Positions 12,174 to 25,200 of a stretch of DNA of 64,000 nt are shown piece by piece. The stretch spans positions 1,612,001 through 1,676,000 of the forward strand of contig JAYWIR010000005.1 of NCBI GenBank assembly GCA_036172245.1. The letters run 5' to 3'. The first letter of the stretch is position 1, and the number at the start of each line of letters is the position of its first letter. The position numbers and the translations under genes are program-made. This DNA comes from Raillietiella orientalis. Its lineage: Eukaryota. The notes beneath the pieces are model-generated. The model saw nothing but the letters and a program-made list of their open reading frames with translations, searched no databases and had not been told where the DNA came from.

Positions 12174-12419
12174 CTGCAACACGCTCTTGAAGAGGAGAGA
12201 GGAAGCATCTGGCCTCTATGCGGAGGGCAAGAGACCCTGAGGTACGTCGTCGGCTCTCTGCGAGAGCGAGTTGCCTGGGAGACCTCAGCTTCAGGTCGCA
12301 CCCTCTCCCCGCGCCGTGCGCATGTCTCCTGGGGCGAGGCGGCGCCGACGGGCGGCGGGGCATGGGTGTGACCGGAGTGGTGGTCGTCTGGGCAGCGCCA
12401 GAGCGCACCTCCCACCCAC

Positions 12420-14184
12420 CTTCAGGATGACCTTGAAGATGGACCAGACAAGCAGGGAGGCGACCTTGAACGTGAACTTGGCGATGGCGTCACAGTAGCT
12501 GCTCTTCAGCCGCTCCAGGGAGTGGTCGATTTCCTTGGCGGGGTCAACCACAACGCCGTCGCCCCCGGCCTACCTGCTCGTGTTCCAAGAACCACGGGTG
12601 GACGAAGCGCCGGTACAGCAGCGTGGACCCCTGCGTCGCCGGCAGCACCATCCACGCCACGAAGAGGATCTTCGTCGGACAGTACAGCGGCAGCCTGGAC
12701 AAGGGGGGGGGCGAACCGATCACTCGCGTGCGATCGGTAGAGGGCAGCCGACCCACGCGGGGAAGCACCGGTCCCACGCCTTCCCCCTCCTCCCCCAGCC
12801 CGTCCGCCTCCAGGAGGCTCAGGGAAGTTCCGGGAAGGCCCCGCGCGAGTCGCTCGCTCGGTAGCTCCCGGTGCAAGGAAACCTCCCACTCCAGGCGGCG
12901 CCGTCGGCTGCCAAGGCTCCAGCCAGGGCGGTAGGAAGTCGGCCCGGTAGCTCCGTTCGGGCGCCCAGCTGTCCGTCGAACGGAGGGTAGCGCGCGCTTC
13001 GTGTCGCCGCGCAGAAATGGCAGCATTTGCTGCCCAGTCCAGAGCTGGTACGAAGGAGCGCGCGAGGCCCTCGCCGCTTTTCGAGGTCACTCGATGAGGA
13101 AGGGTCCCCCTCCAGGGAAGGGAGAGGGAGGAGAAAGGGCTTCGGAGACCCCCCGGGGAGGCGAGCCGCGAGATACAAATGGCGCCAGAGACGAGGTCGC
13201 TAGGTGGGACACGTGAGCTGCAGGGTGGGCGACGGTCTCTGGGCGCGTCTCACCATGGCTCGATCAGGGGATCCACCATCCACTCCGCCGTCGTGAAGAG
13301 CCCGAAGACGACCCAGTACATCATCCACCTGACCTGCGCGCGAGTCATTTCCCGCCAGGTCGCCCATGGCAGCCGCGAGGAGCAGGAGCCACACTCACGT
13401 GTTCCCTGTCGTCCCTGGAGCGGACAGCCTTGAAAGAGTTGTAGACGGGGTACAGCAGTCCCGCGACGATCCTGCAATGCGGTCGCCCTCGAGGTCAGCA
13501 AGTGGGGAGCGGCGCTCGGGAACCGCCCTGAGGAGGATGAGGCAGACCGGGGATCCCCGTAGGCGCAAGTCGAGCCACCCACAGCCTGAGCGAGCGCTCT
13601 GTGAGGTGGCGAGCCGCACCGGGAGCTCTCCCCGCGGAAGAGGGCGTGGAAGAGGCACCTGAGCAAGTGGTCCCTCGGAGCGCGAGGATGAGGAAGGGAG
13701 GAGGAAAGGGGGGAGTTTCGCTGCTCGCACGCAGAGGTGAAAGGTAAGACGTGGTCCTTTCGTAAGACGATCCTACGTATCCCGCCACACTGCCGGAGGT
13801 CCCTACGGGATCTCCCGAGCTGGCGCTTTGGATCCCTCCCCCCCCCTTCTGGCAGTGACCGCCTCGCCCCGAGCTCGCGAGAATCGCCCCGGGAAACCGC
13901 GGGATGAGGCGCAGGAAGACGCCGGGCACGGCGACCGCGCGTCCCCACACACCCCAGCCCCAGTGGGCGCGCTATCGGCATTCCACTCATCTGTCCCAGA
14001 ACGCAGGGCGGGGGACACGCGGAAGGTCCCACGCCGCCGCCAGCATCTATCCGAGGAACTTTTGGGAACCTTTTCCCCTTCCCTCGCTCCAACCTCGTCC
14101 CAGGAAAACGCTCCCGGAGGGTCGGCGCTACTTCGCAACGCTTCCCGGAGTGGGCCTTACTCACAAGCAGAGCCTGGATATCAT
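12420..14184 (-). CDS. REEP: Receptor expression-enhancing protein, REEP1-4 subfamily (TB2/DP1/HVA22 domain), exons 1-5: complement(join(12420..12533,12574..12694,13254..13333,13399..13471,14165..14184))
   Basis: The spliced translation is MISRLCL|IVAGLLYPVYNSFKAVRSRDDREH|VRWMMYWVVFGLFTTAEWMVDPLIEPW|LPLYCPTKILFVAWMVLPATQGSTLLYRRFVHPWFLEHEQ|EIDHSLERLKSSYCDAIAKFTFKVASLLVWSIFKVILK. It aligns with REEP1-4 motifs (ISRL...G.LYP.Y...KAV, V.WMMYW..F.LFT.AE, KI.FV.W...P.T.GS..LYR.FVHP, EID). All four introns are GT..AG with compatible phases; exon sizes are 20, 73, 80, 121 and 114 nt. Confidence 0.92.
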
Positions 14185-14689
14185 CCTCTCCCCAGCAGCA
14201 GCTGCTTCCCCGTCGATCCTCAGGGGTACCAGAAACGGGGTGAACGAAGAGGAAGCACGAACACGCACAAAAAATACAGAATAAAAATGGAAGGATGGAG
14301 ACGAAAATAATAATAATACTAAATGTCTTTTTTTAAAAAAAAAAGAACAAGAAAGCAAAACACAAATGAAAAACAAGGGGACAACCGCCTCGGCCTTCGC
14401 GCTTTCAGCGGCCCACGAGTGCAACCAGCAAGCGGCGGAGGGCCCTCACCACGGAGGGGGAGGGAAACGCGCGGCCGCGCGCGGCGATGCAACAATGAGC
14501 CCACGAGGCGCGTGGGACATTCGAAACAAAAATGGGCGCCGCGGCCGCGAGGACCTCCCGGCTCCGGACGAAGCCGGCTGGCGCCGTGGTGCTCTCCCTG
14601 ATCTCTATTTCTCTCTCTCTCTCTCTATTTCCTCCCTCCCGGACGATTTGGTATCTGCCGCCGGAATGCCTCCAAAAACCGCCGCTAGA

Positions 14690-16420
14690 GGGCATTGTTG
14701 AAAGGGCTCCTTCTCCACCTTCCCCTGGGCGGCTCCGTTCGACGGTGCCGACGGGTGAGGCGATGGCAGGAATGCTCGACGCTCCCTCCTCCTCTCCCCT
14801 CCCCTCCCCTCATCGGCCCTTGAAAATTCACACGCTCTGGAGGAGGAAGACGTGGAGAGTACCTAACCAGAGGCTCACCCGCCCTCCCCCACATCGGGGT
14901 CGCGCGCGACATCTGTTTCCGAATGGGCAAAGCGCAAGTGAGTACCTGCCGCTAGCGAAAGATGCCGCCGCCAGCGTAGAAACGGTCTGCACCTTCCTGG
15001 GCTTCGCCGAGGTCTGCCTGCGTTCGCTTCTCCCTCGAACCGACGTCTGCGTCTCAAGAAGTGAGGAAGTGGGTCTTCGCATTTCGGAGAGGATAGGGGA
15101 CGGCGCAGGGATGGCGGGAGTCTTCCGAGAGAGGATGAACTGCTCCACGGCCCTGACTGCCGACGGGAGTTCAGGCCAAACGTGTCGCTCCCGGCAAGCC
15201 CGATCTGCTATTGAAAGCCACGAGACGGCTCCTCTGTGATGCTGCGAGGGTGATTTTTGCCTTTCCAGTAGACTCCGGGGGATGCCCAGAGATTCGCATC
15301 GTCATGGAGACTCCTCTCGGATGGGAGAGAACCCAGCAAAGACAGCGAAATCCCAGTGCAGAAGGCGGTGGTGACCTGCTGCTCCGCTTCCTGTCCCCGC
15401 TGCCTCCGCAGCCTGCAGGAATCGAGGGCGCTCTACGACAGGAGGCACGTAGCCAGTCAGCACACTTGCCCACTGGCGATTCTTTGACTGGATGCTTAGA
15501 AGAGTGCCTGGTCACGCGTTCCCCGGACGGTGCTGTCTCTAGGCGATCCAGTGCAGCCCAGCGTGCGCTTCCAAATATATATACCAAAATGGGGGACCAG
15601 TACTGAGTGGAGGAAGCAGTGGCAGCGACCTCGGATGTGACCTTTCCTCTTCCTATACCTCCCTTTCGTGGCAGGCATCTGGTTTTCAGAGGGAGAAATT
15701 AAGGGGGGGACACGTCGCGATGGGGCGGCGGAGGATCGGCTGGCACGCGTGGTCGGTCGGTTTCGGAACTGATCCGGAACAGTTCCGATACTTGACGGCA
15801 GATGGGTCTGCCCTCCCTTTCCGAGGGAATCCGAGAAGTGGAGCGACAACCGAATGGGACGCATAGAAGCTTCGCGGCCCGAATCATCGAGTCTTGAAAA
15901 GGGAGGGAGGGATGCGTGCCCGCCTTGGGGAAAACAGAGCAAATGGAGAAGAAGAAAAACAGCACACACGGCTGGAGAGGTGCCAACGATGCGTCTGTCC
16001 AACTTCTCTTCCGCGCACCCACGTCTAGTAATCGTGTTTCGCTCTCGTTCTGGCAACACTGCTGTCCTCTCGAAAGGAGACGAGCGAAGCTTCCTGCTCT
16101 CTGAGAGAGAGGGCAAGTGCTGTCTAGAAACCTCCTTCCTCGGGGTACGGAACCGATGAGCAACCCGTTACCGGTGGCAACCGAATCGTAGCGGTCCGCA
16201 CTCACGCAAGCAGGCCGCCCCCGTTCCGTTCCTCCCTTCACTTTACGCCTTTGGCTTTACGAAACCAAGAACGCCAGTTTGCGTTTTCCTTTCCTCGCCA
16301 CGGCAACGAAGCGCGAGTCACTTCGCCCTTCGTTACCGTGGCGACCGCCTCCCTCGGGCAGAGCTCCGTCCTAGTCGTCCGCGAGTGCCTCCCTGGATTC
16401 GGCTGGGCATGACGATCGGC
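14690..16420 (-). mobile_element. Decayed LINE 3' region (C-terminal CCHC domain)
   Basis: TVSTLAAASFASGRYSLALCPFGNRCRARPRCG...TLHVFL resembles the L.RLR.GH..L...L.RFG...C..CG...T..H.L..C end of LINE ORF2. Boundaries are approximate. Confidence 0.35.
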
Positions 16421-16775
16421 AGTGGGGACACGGCAGGAGAAACACAGGCGCCGGAACCCCCGCCAAAAGCGCCCTCTGCATTCCAAGGAAGGCAAGGTCG
16501 GAGAGAGGAGGACCTTCTATCCCTCTATCCCCTCCTCTTGCTCCCCATCGCACAGCTTTCCCGCGAGGGGTCCCCTTCCTCCCTGCGAGCGGAACGGAGA
16601 CGACGCAAGTGAGAACAGCTGTTCCCCGCCACTTGCCGCTTTACCTCCACCTAGCCGCGAGAACCCGAAGCAGAACCGCTCGCGAGATTGGAGCCGTCAG
16701 CCTCCGCCGGGAGAGGCGCGCGCGTGCACCGCGCAGTGGAGGCGTTTTCGCCGATCCTCGCCGTCGGAGGGAAAA

Positions 16776-16806
<31 letters not shown>

Positions 16807-18440
16807 TGGTGATGGTGAAGAAGAGCAGGAGGGAGAAACAGTTTTCCTGTTTACCTTTGCCCAAGCGACGCTGTCAGCAAAAGCGGGCGGATGTTTAGCC
16901 TGGACGGGAAAAGGGAGCAGGAAGAGAAGGGGCGTTCCTGCTGCCTTTTTTCGGGACTTCTTAAAGGAGGGGCACGAGGCAGGCGCTCTCAGACCCACCC
17001 ACCCATCCGTGCGAGCACGAAGGCCGGTCCGGAAATCTTCAAAGCTCGCCTCTCCCAGCTACCTTTTCTCCTACTCCCTGCCCCCTTTTCCCTTCGCCTC
17101 CTCCTTCTCTTCGGGGAAACGGAGAGGAGCCTCAACAGCTCTCTTTGGCCTGAGCTCCCCCGCCTGACAGAGTTTGCGAAGCTCAAGCCGGCGCGGCAGC
17201 AGCTTTGGCGGCGGCATCTATTGAAAGGCGATCGTACTATCTCCCGCTTCCCCCTCCGCCTCTCTTCCAAAGCATCAAAAGGGCAGAATCAGGAGGAGGG
17301 GGAGGGGAAGGAATAAGAAAAAGACGGTGGCTGCGGCTTCCCAGAGGAACTTCTCCTGCTCTTTCTCTTTCACCCCTGGAGATCCGCTGTTCGGCTCGAG
17401 TGGGTCGTCCGCTAGCTGGCGGTGCAGTCAGGAGATAAATTTCTTCCCGCCAGCGCCCGTCGTCTCCTGGAGAGTCGCCGTTTCGTGGGCGGGTCAGCGC
17501 GTAATTTGCCGGGGTGATGCGGCTGGGAGAAAAGGGGAGGGGGAAGAAAAAGCGGGAGCGGAAGAGGAGGCGGGGGTGGGAGGCCGGCCATTTTTCCACC
17601 TCCCCTGCCGGTCGTGATGGATGAGCTCGTAGTAAAATGGCGGCGCCCAGGGCGCGCGTCAGGGGAGCTGCCGGCTCGCGATTTATGGGATCGCGGCGAA
17701 GTCTCCTCTCCTCCTCCCCCTGCGGGAAGGGAAGCGCGAAGCGCGCGCGGTGTTGGGGGAGAAAAAGAGGGAGGGGCTCTCGCGTGCCCGCTGCTTCCCA
17801 CCCCTTTCCGTCCCCCAAGCAGGTCCGGGAGCGTCCCGGATCGCTTCCAGGGCGCCGCAGGCTTGCAGCTCCCCTCGCCTCCTGTGCTCCCCTTCAGTCC
17901 TCAGGAGCGGACCCCTTGCCCGTTTGTTCTTCTCCTGGCCGGTGCGCTTCCCCTGGCAACCGCGCGAAGGGCGCGGCTCAATTTTTCTCCAGCTGCCGGC
18001 GCCGCTCCGAGCGCGCCAGAGCCGGGCGCCTGGGCGGTGCAGACGGCCACCTCTTCGTGCTCCCGAGGGAGATGTTTCCTGCGAAAGAGGGGCGCCGCGC
18101 CGTGGACGGGAGGCTGCGCGTTTCCCCGTTGAGGTTCCCACGGAGGACGCGGATGGCGCGCGCGCCTTCCCTTTCGCGGGCGAGACGTCTGCAAAAGGCT
18201 GCTCCCGCCGACGAACCTCCCGGGGCGATAAATCTCCCGAGTCGCGCTCTCTGTGCTCCTCTTAGCTTGCGGGAAGCCGTCCGGTCCATCCCCGCAGCCT
18301 CCCGGGACGTCCAGACGCGACCGCGACGAAGGCGCGATTCCGCGGCGGCGGCCTGGGCGTCTCGCGCGCCCCCTCGGCCCGCAGACGAGGCGACAGCAGC
18401 GCGCGAGCTTCCCGGCGGCGGAAGCGATGAAGAGCGAAAA

Positions 18441-18479
<39 letters not shown>

Positions 18480-21400
18480 GCCGCCGCTGAAGCTGCAGCT
18501 GCTGTTCTCTGCGTTGACTGCGACCTCTGCACCTTGGAAACGCAGGGTTCAAGAGCTTCGCGCACTCAGGAACGAGGGCTTTTTTTTTGCTCCCGCTGCT
18601 TCTCTCTCTCTCTCTCAACTCCCCCTCCCCTTCGCCACCCCCGCACCGCCACTCTTCCCGCTCCGTTCCGGAAGGACGAGGAGGGCAAGAAAAAAAAAGG
18701 TTGCCTTCCCCGGCGAGCTGGCTGGTCCTGCCCTCGTCCTAAGCCCCTGCAGGTGTTCAGACGTCAGATGGGGTGTGCGCGAGGAACCTCAAAAAAAAAA
18801 AAAAAAGAGGGGAGGAGGAACCACGTTGGGAAGGTGACGTTTCACAAGGAGACGCGCTGTACGAAGGCGTCGTGGCTCCCACGGAACGGAGCTTAGAACG
18901 CGGGAGACGTGGAAGAGTCGTCGTCCGTGGCAACGCGCGGTGCAGGTGCTCCTTCGATGACGTATGCGTCTCCGCCGAGGGCGCGCGTTGCACCGGGAAA
19001 TCGTGGAAGGGGAGCGCGCACACTCGGACTCTGGGCAGATAGGGATCCCGCGGCCCACGTCTCCCGTGCCGCTGCTGGGTTACGCTCCCCAGCCGCTTCC
19101 CTGCGCGGCTCACGTCTCGATCCCGGACGCGTGACTTTTTCCTCGGCGCAAGGAAAACAGCACGTATTGCTTACGTGCCAGCAAAACGGCAGCGATAAAG
19201 GAGGAGGAGAAAGAGAAGCAAAGAGCACCGAAAACAGGGTTTTCTCGCTCTTCCCCTCCCCCCCCCCAAATGTGCCTCTCCAGGAAGCGCGCGTGCCTCC
19301 GGAGAACGGCGCGCTTAGCAACGCTTTCCCAGCTTGCGCCACTGCGCTGCCGTGTCGGTCGGCGATGGTGCGTCATGCGGCGCAAATTGTATAGCAAACG
19401 GGTTGGCAGTGTACACATCGGATGTCCTCCCCCATCACCTGCCGATCGCTGGGTGCCTCTCTTTCGCGCCCTACAGTCGCGTACACCGTACGTCCGATTC
19501 GGAAGACTTGTTGGTGCCCCCGCGCTGGCGACAGCAACCGGATATCCGCGTGCCTTTTTTTTTTTTCCTTTTCAGCACGAGACAAAGGGGATGTTTTCCC
19601 TCCCTCCCACTTGGGAGGGGACGGGGAGTTACCTCTCAGACAACCACAGAGAGGGGTTTTTCCCCGAAAGATCGAGGTCTGCTGCGCGGAGTGGCAGCGC
19701 CCGTGGCAACGCTCGTCGTCGCGTGCAGCTCCGCGCGCGGCACACGTTCGTCCGCTGGAACGCGCGCGCGCCGGAGACAAACGCCTGACGGCATGACGGA
19801 GGAGGAGGCTGCTGCAGCCGACGGCTCTCCTTCTTTCCTTCCTTTTTACTTGGTCCCCCCTCCCCTCGCGCGCACCTCCTCGGACCGGCCCGCGCAAACC
19901 GCGCCGCGGCGCCACCTCGCCTTCAGGCCGGCGCATGCGCGCCCGACGCGAGACCGTCTTCACCGCCGTCGCCCGGGAGCCATGCGCGTGCGCGCGGGAG
20001 CGGAGCCGCTGGCCTGCCGCAGCGCCCCAGTCGCTCCCGGGCCGGCGGATGGACCGGCTGCTGCTCCTCCAAGGGAAAAGGAGGTTTCAGTCCCTCCGGG
20101 AGGGCGGCGGAGTGCGTGGAGACGGGTCGTGCCCTTAGCAGCCCCAAGTGCGGTGTCCTTGGCATCGCTTTCTTCGAATGAAGACGACGCTCCCCACCTA
20201 CCCACCCCCCTACCCCTGCCTTGCCAGCTTCGCCCCCAGCCCCTCGGCACGCAGGAAGACCCTCGCCCCGCTCCGTGTCACTTCGCTCCGCAGGGCACCT
20301 GCGGTCTCCCCGGAGCGTGGCCTGGCGGAGGACGCGCAGGCGCACGCGCGGTCTCCGCTTCGACGTGGCACGGATACGTGGCGACCGGAACAAGGAGTGG
20401 TCCTCGGAGGGCGGGCCCCATCGGGCGCCCGCCGCCTCGTATGAGCTTGGCCGCCGCCTAAGGTCTTTCACGGGGAGGACGCACCGGAAGCGGCGGTGCA
20501 CTCCCTCCAGCAAGCGCGAGCCGGGCGCGCGCACGCGCTTTTCGTGCGGCGACGACCACCCTTCCCGGGAGCCGGGGCCTTTCTTCGGGAGGGGGACCGC
20601 GCCCCGCCGCGGTTCCTCCCGGCAGCCGAAGCCAAGCCCTGGAGGGACCGACGAGGGCGCTCCTCGGGACGACCTCGGGTCACCGTGGAAACCGCGCCGG
20701 CGGCGGAGGTGCAGCCAGCCACCCGCGCGCGCGCTTCGTCCTTTCGGGTGCACCGTTCGGAGGTGTGCCGCGGGCCGTCCCCTCGCTCCCGCGGGCGCCC
20801 GCGAACGATGCTGGTGATGCGCGCGCCCGCGTGTGTCGCGTTCGCGTGCTCGCCGGGTTCACGCGAGGTGGGCACACGCGCGCGTGCTGCACGAAACGCG
20901 GCCGGGAAGGGGGGGGGGAACGGCGCTCCCGCGTGTGTGCGAGGCACCTCCCGGTAGCCCGCCCGATTCCCAGGAACCTCCTCCTGTTCTCACGGCTTTC
21001 CTTTTTTTTTTCTCTCTCCTGCAGCGCGCTCCGCGCACGGGCAAGGTCACGTCCGGAGAAATTTATGGCGCGCATTTCGCTTCGTTTGGTCCTCGCTCGC
21101 ATCCGAGAGTCGCTGGATGCTCTCCACTGGAAATCCGCCGTTGTTGCCGCTTTCTTGTGGTGCCACAGAAACCGCTATTTATAGAAGGAGGGGAGGGGGG
21201 GGGGAGGGCATGTTGGAAAATTCCGTGCGCCACGGGATGGAGAATCCCCCGAACGCTGGTCTTTGTTCCCCCCCCCCCCGTTCCGGCCGCGAAGGAGAAG
21301 CGCAACCCCTTGCGGAGACGCCGCGTAGCTTCCCCCCCGCCTCCCTCCCCCCCCTCTCCACTCGGAGCGCGTGCGCGCGGCGCCTTCACTGCCATCTAAC

Positions 21401-24229
21401 GAGCGCCCTGGCGACTACGGGAGCTCGACGGTCGTATTTTTAGTCACGTCAGGACCAGATTTTCCACCGTAAAGGGACGTTTCCTCTTCAGCTCCCCAAA
21501 CGCCTCCTGTTATTTATTAGTGCACCTAATCATCGTGTTATTGTGGCATTTATTTTTCGCGCCGGTGCGTTCTCCCGCTCGGGCATTTGAGGAAGAGGGA
21601 AGAGCGTTTTCTTGTGCCCGTTGTGTCGAGCCGGAAAACAAATGCGCGCACGCCACGTTCTCTTACACATGCATTTTTGAGCTGCTGCGTCTGAGTTTAT
21701 AAATACCAGGGGCATTCTTTAACAAGTACAGAAAGAGGAGCATCTATTTCAGCAGCTTGCGTTCCCCTGTTCGCTCGAGGGATCGTTGACGGGCTCAACG
21801 GCGATCCCTTGATGGAAGCAGTCGGTCGGGAGACGACGGGAGGGGGAAGAAGACGCGTGAGCAATGCCTTTACGATGGCGTCGTCGTCGTGGGGGTCGGG
21901 AAGGTGGGTGCGAAGGCTCCGCACCGCCTACGAGCAAGCAAAGAAAGTGGGTGGAGCCCTCGCGTGGGGCTTTCGGAGGAACCGTCCGGAAAAGGGCGGT
22001 CGCGACCTACGGGGCGTCCGGCTGGAAGAGACCGCGATACGTACTCGGCCCCCCATCATCGACCGAGGTCGGTCCCTGAGCATCTCTCGCTTCCGGGCTG
22101 CGGGCGAGCTCGCCGACCTCGACTGTGGGGAACCAGGGGACGAGAACCAGCCATGCTGCTCCAGTCCGGAGGCAGCACCCGCTCCGCGACCTGCGGGCTA
22201 TCCCTGACTCCGGAAGGAGGATGGCGGCGGCCTCTTCGCCGCCGCTGAGAAGAGGAAGGACCGCAGGAAAGGGACCAAACTCATGCCACTCTTCCGCGTC
22301 TTCCTGCCAGGGGGGAGTCGACGAACTCATCGACTGTGCCACGGATCAGTCAGCTCCTCCACGGAATATTTCCTCTCCTGCACCGCCTCCTCCCTTCCTC
22401 TATCCTTTCTTGTCTTTTTCCTCTTCCTCCTCCTCCTCATCGTCGTCATTATCATCACTTCCCCCTTTCCTACCCCCCACCCCCACCCTTCGTCCTCCTC
22501 CCATCCTCCACCACCTCCCCCCAATTAGCTTCTCGTCCTCGCAGCCCTCGAAGGAACCAGGGAGGAGGAGGACAGGCGGGGCGAGTTCCCAGCTTGGCAT
22601 CGCCCCGAGCTGTGATTTATCCCTTTTCCGTGGCACCGGATGCCCGCGCGCCGCTGCCACGCGGAGGTGGACGAAGGGGGGAGGGGCTGCTGCTGCTGCG
22701 AGGGGCCGGGGCGCGACTCTGCGCGACGGGGGATCCTGCAGGCGGGTCCCTCCGAAGGAGAGGAGGTTCGTCGCCGTCGGCGGGGCAGGGCGAGCGTCTT
22801 GGGCAGGCGGCGGGCGGCGCAGGCAGGAGCAGCGCCTCCTCGTCGGTCGCATCGGCGGTGGGGGAGATTTACGAGGGAGTGACCGCGCGGACGAGCTCGG
22901 CGCCGGGGGATAGGCCGCGGAACCTGCGGCAGAAGATAAACAGATAAGGTAGGACATAACTCTTCGCCTCGCCTTCCTTTTTCATCCGTCCGTCCTTGCC
23001 TTTGCGGCTGCGGAGATCGGGAGGCGTCGGCCGCTGGAGCCCCGCAGCCGCCGCTGCCCGCCCGTCCCTGCCGGCTCTCCGCGAGACGGATGCGATGAAC
23101 GAGCAGAAGAAGAAACGGGCGTGCTCGCTGCGTGATGGATGGCGGGGATTCTCCCTCCCCTTTCCCCCGCCCCCCTTTCTCTTTTTTTGCCTCCCTCGGC
23201 AGCGGGGATGCGCCGAGAGGTTTGGAGCACGCGCAAAAAAGAGTGGAGGGGGCAGAGAGGCACCCAGCGAGGCGGCGGTCCTGGTGCCCTTGGGGAGTGA
23301 CCCGCAGGGAGGCTCCCTGCCCCTTGGAGACCCCCTACGCTGAGTGGTCTCCTCTCGGAACGGCACTTAGTGAGGAGCGTCTGGTCGCAGCAGCAGAGAT
23401 CCGGGACCTTCCCTCTTCCGCCGTCCCGGTGGACGAGGCGGAGGACCGCAACCCGTCCTTCGCAAGGAAATTCTCCCCTTTCCCCCACGACCCCAATATC
23501 CATGGGGAAGGGGAAAGGTGGGGTGCAACGGAGCGGCGGAGCGGCGCGATGCAGGAATCCTCCACAGGGTTGCCGCGGAGGTTACGGGAAGAATGCAGGA
23601 GGAAGAGCAAGGAAGAGGGAAAAATGGAGGAGGAGGAAGGGAGGAGAAGAAGAGGGAGGAGGAGGACAAGGAAGGAGGTAGAGGGGGAAGAGACGAGGTA
23701 GAGGTGGAGGTGGTCGACCGGGTTGCCGCGGAGGCTGCGGGAAACCGAATATCCGACCGTCCGCGCTGCCTCTGGAATCGCGGAGCGCCTGCTTTGGCAA
23801 CGGGGACAAGAAACACCCTGGGTTGAGCGGGATTGGGGAGAACTACGGAAGAAACAGTAGCATGTTCGCAGCCAGCTTTTCCCATTCGCTTTCGCCCTTT
23901 CCCCAGACGGCGACCATTTTCAAGGGGGTCCGCCGCTCTGCCCTCTTCCGAGCGTGTTTCCAACTATCTGCCTTCCTCCAGAGAGGGCGGCTTTGGGCGA
24001 GCTGCGCTTCCTCGCGCGACGCCCGAGCACCGGATCTGCCGTTCCTCGTTTCCCGGGATCATCTCACTGGTGCATCTCCACCCACGAAAGACAGGAAGAA
24101 ACGTAGGTTGCATTTTTGTTTCGCTTCTGGCAGCGTTCCCTGCTATCCCGCAAGTGCCTCCCGCTGAGCGCCATCTATTGCTGAAAAGTCGAATCGATCG
24201 AACTCTCATACAGCCCCCTTGACAGGAAA

Positions 24230-25200
24230 GCACGAGCTCAGCGGCGCAGCCACCGAGAGACGAACCGCTGCCTCCTGACGTTCTTGCCGAGCCGGCAGAA
24301 GAACTCTGGGGGCCTCTTGAGACTCCACAATCTGAAGAACGTGGGAGCAGTACGGCTCTCTTTGCTTCCGAACCTGAAGGGAGGATTGAGAATGCCTACC
24401 GTGGTCCCGAAACTGCTCCCTGAAACAGGGTGCTCCCTTGGCTCAGGGAGAGGGGTCGCTGCTGCCATCGCTGCCTCAGCTGACGCGCGCGCGATGACTC
24501 TGCGGCACGGAGGGTCGGAGGTGGAAGAATCCCAAGAAGACCCTCCAAGGGATGTCTCTGGGAGCAGGGAATTCCAATCTCCCAGCGCCGGAGCTCCAAC
24601 CGAAGCACCCGCTCTACGGACTACGCCACGCTGTCACTGGAGCCACGGGAAAGGAGACGGAAGAGGGGCAGACCAACGGACGGAAGACCATGGAAGCCAT
24701 CAACAGTCCCACCGAATCGCTCGGCCGCTTCCCTCCGCCCACCGCCGCGTGGTGCCAACGCCCGCGATGGATCTGCTTCACCATGAGCTCCATCCGGACG
24801 CGGGTCTCGCCGCGTCCGTCTTCTCCCTCCCCATCGCCTTCCTTTTTTCCCTCCTCCTCCGTTCATTCTTCTCGATCCCGTCTTCGTTCGCTCTTGCACT
24901 TCGCCTTCCAGAGTTCAGCTGGAGACAGGCCGACTCGGACACCGGCACCTCCTCCAACAACTCGCCCTCGAAGGCGTGACGCCATGGGGAGGCGGAAAGG
25001 AAACCCGCAGATCACTCGCGGTCGCCTCTCGTCCGTGCGGCGTTGCTCCCGGGCGCTGCTGCCCCGCCATGGAAGTGCCCGGTGTGCCCTGGCGGATGCT
25101 CGCATCGAGGGAGGTCGCTTCGGCGCGCCCTCTGCGAGCGACTCTCGTGTGACGCGCACCACCTCGCGAAGGTGCCCTGGGAGACCTGGGGAGTGACCGG
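24230..25200 (+). mobile_element. Decayed LINE gag-like ORF1 remnant
   Basis: CSRALLPRHGSARC...TTSRRCP resembles eroded CCHC knuckles ending in H.A.SR.CP. Confidence 0.3.

Noticed and set aside
13520..13600. Alternative REEP first exon (…GSPVCLILLR)
   Set aside because: There is no ATG and no GT donor in the required phase. The exon at 14165-14184 (MISRLCL, GTGAGT donor) fits both homology and phase.
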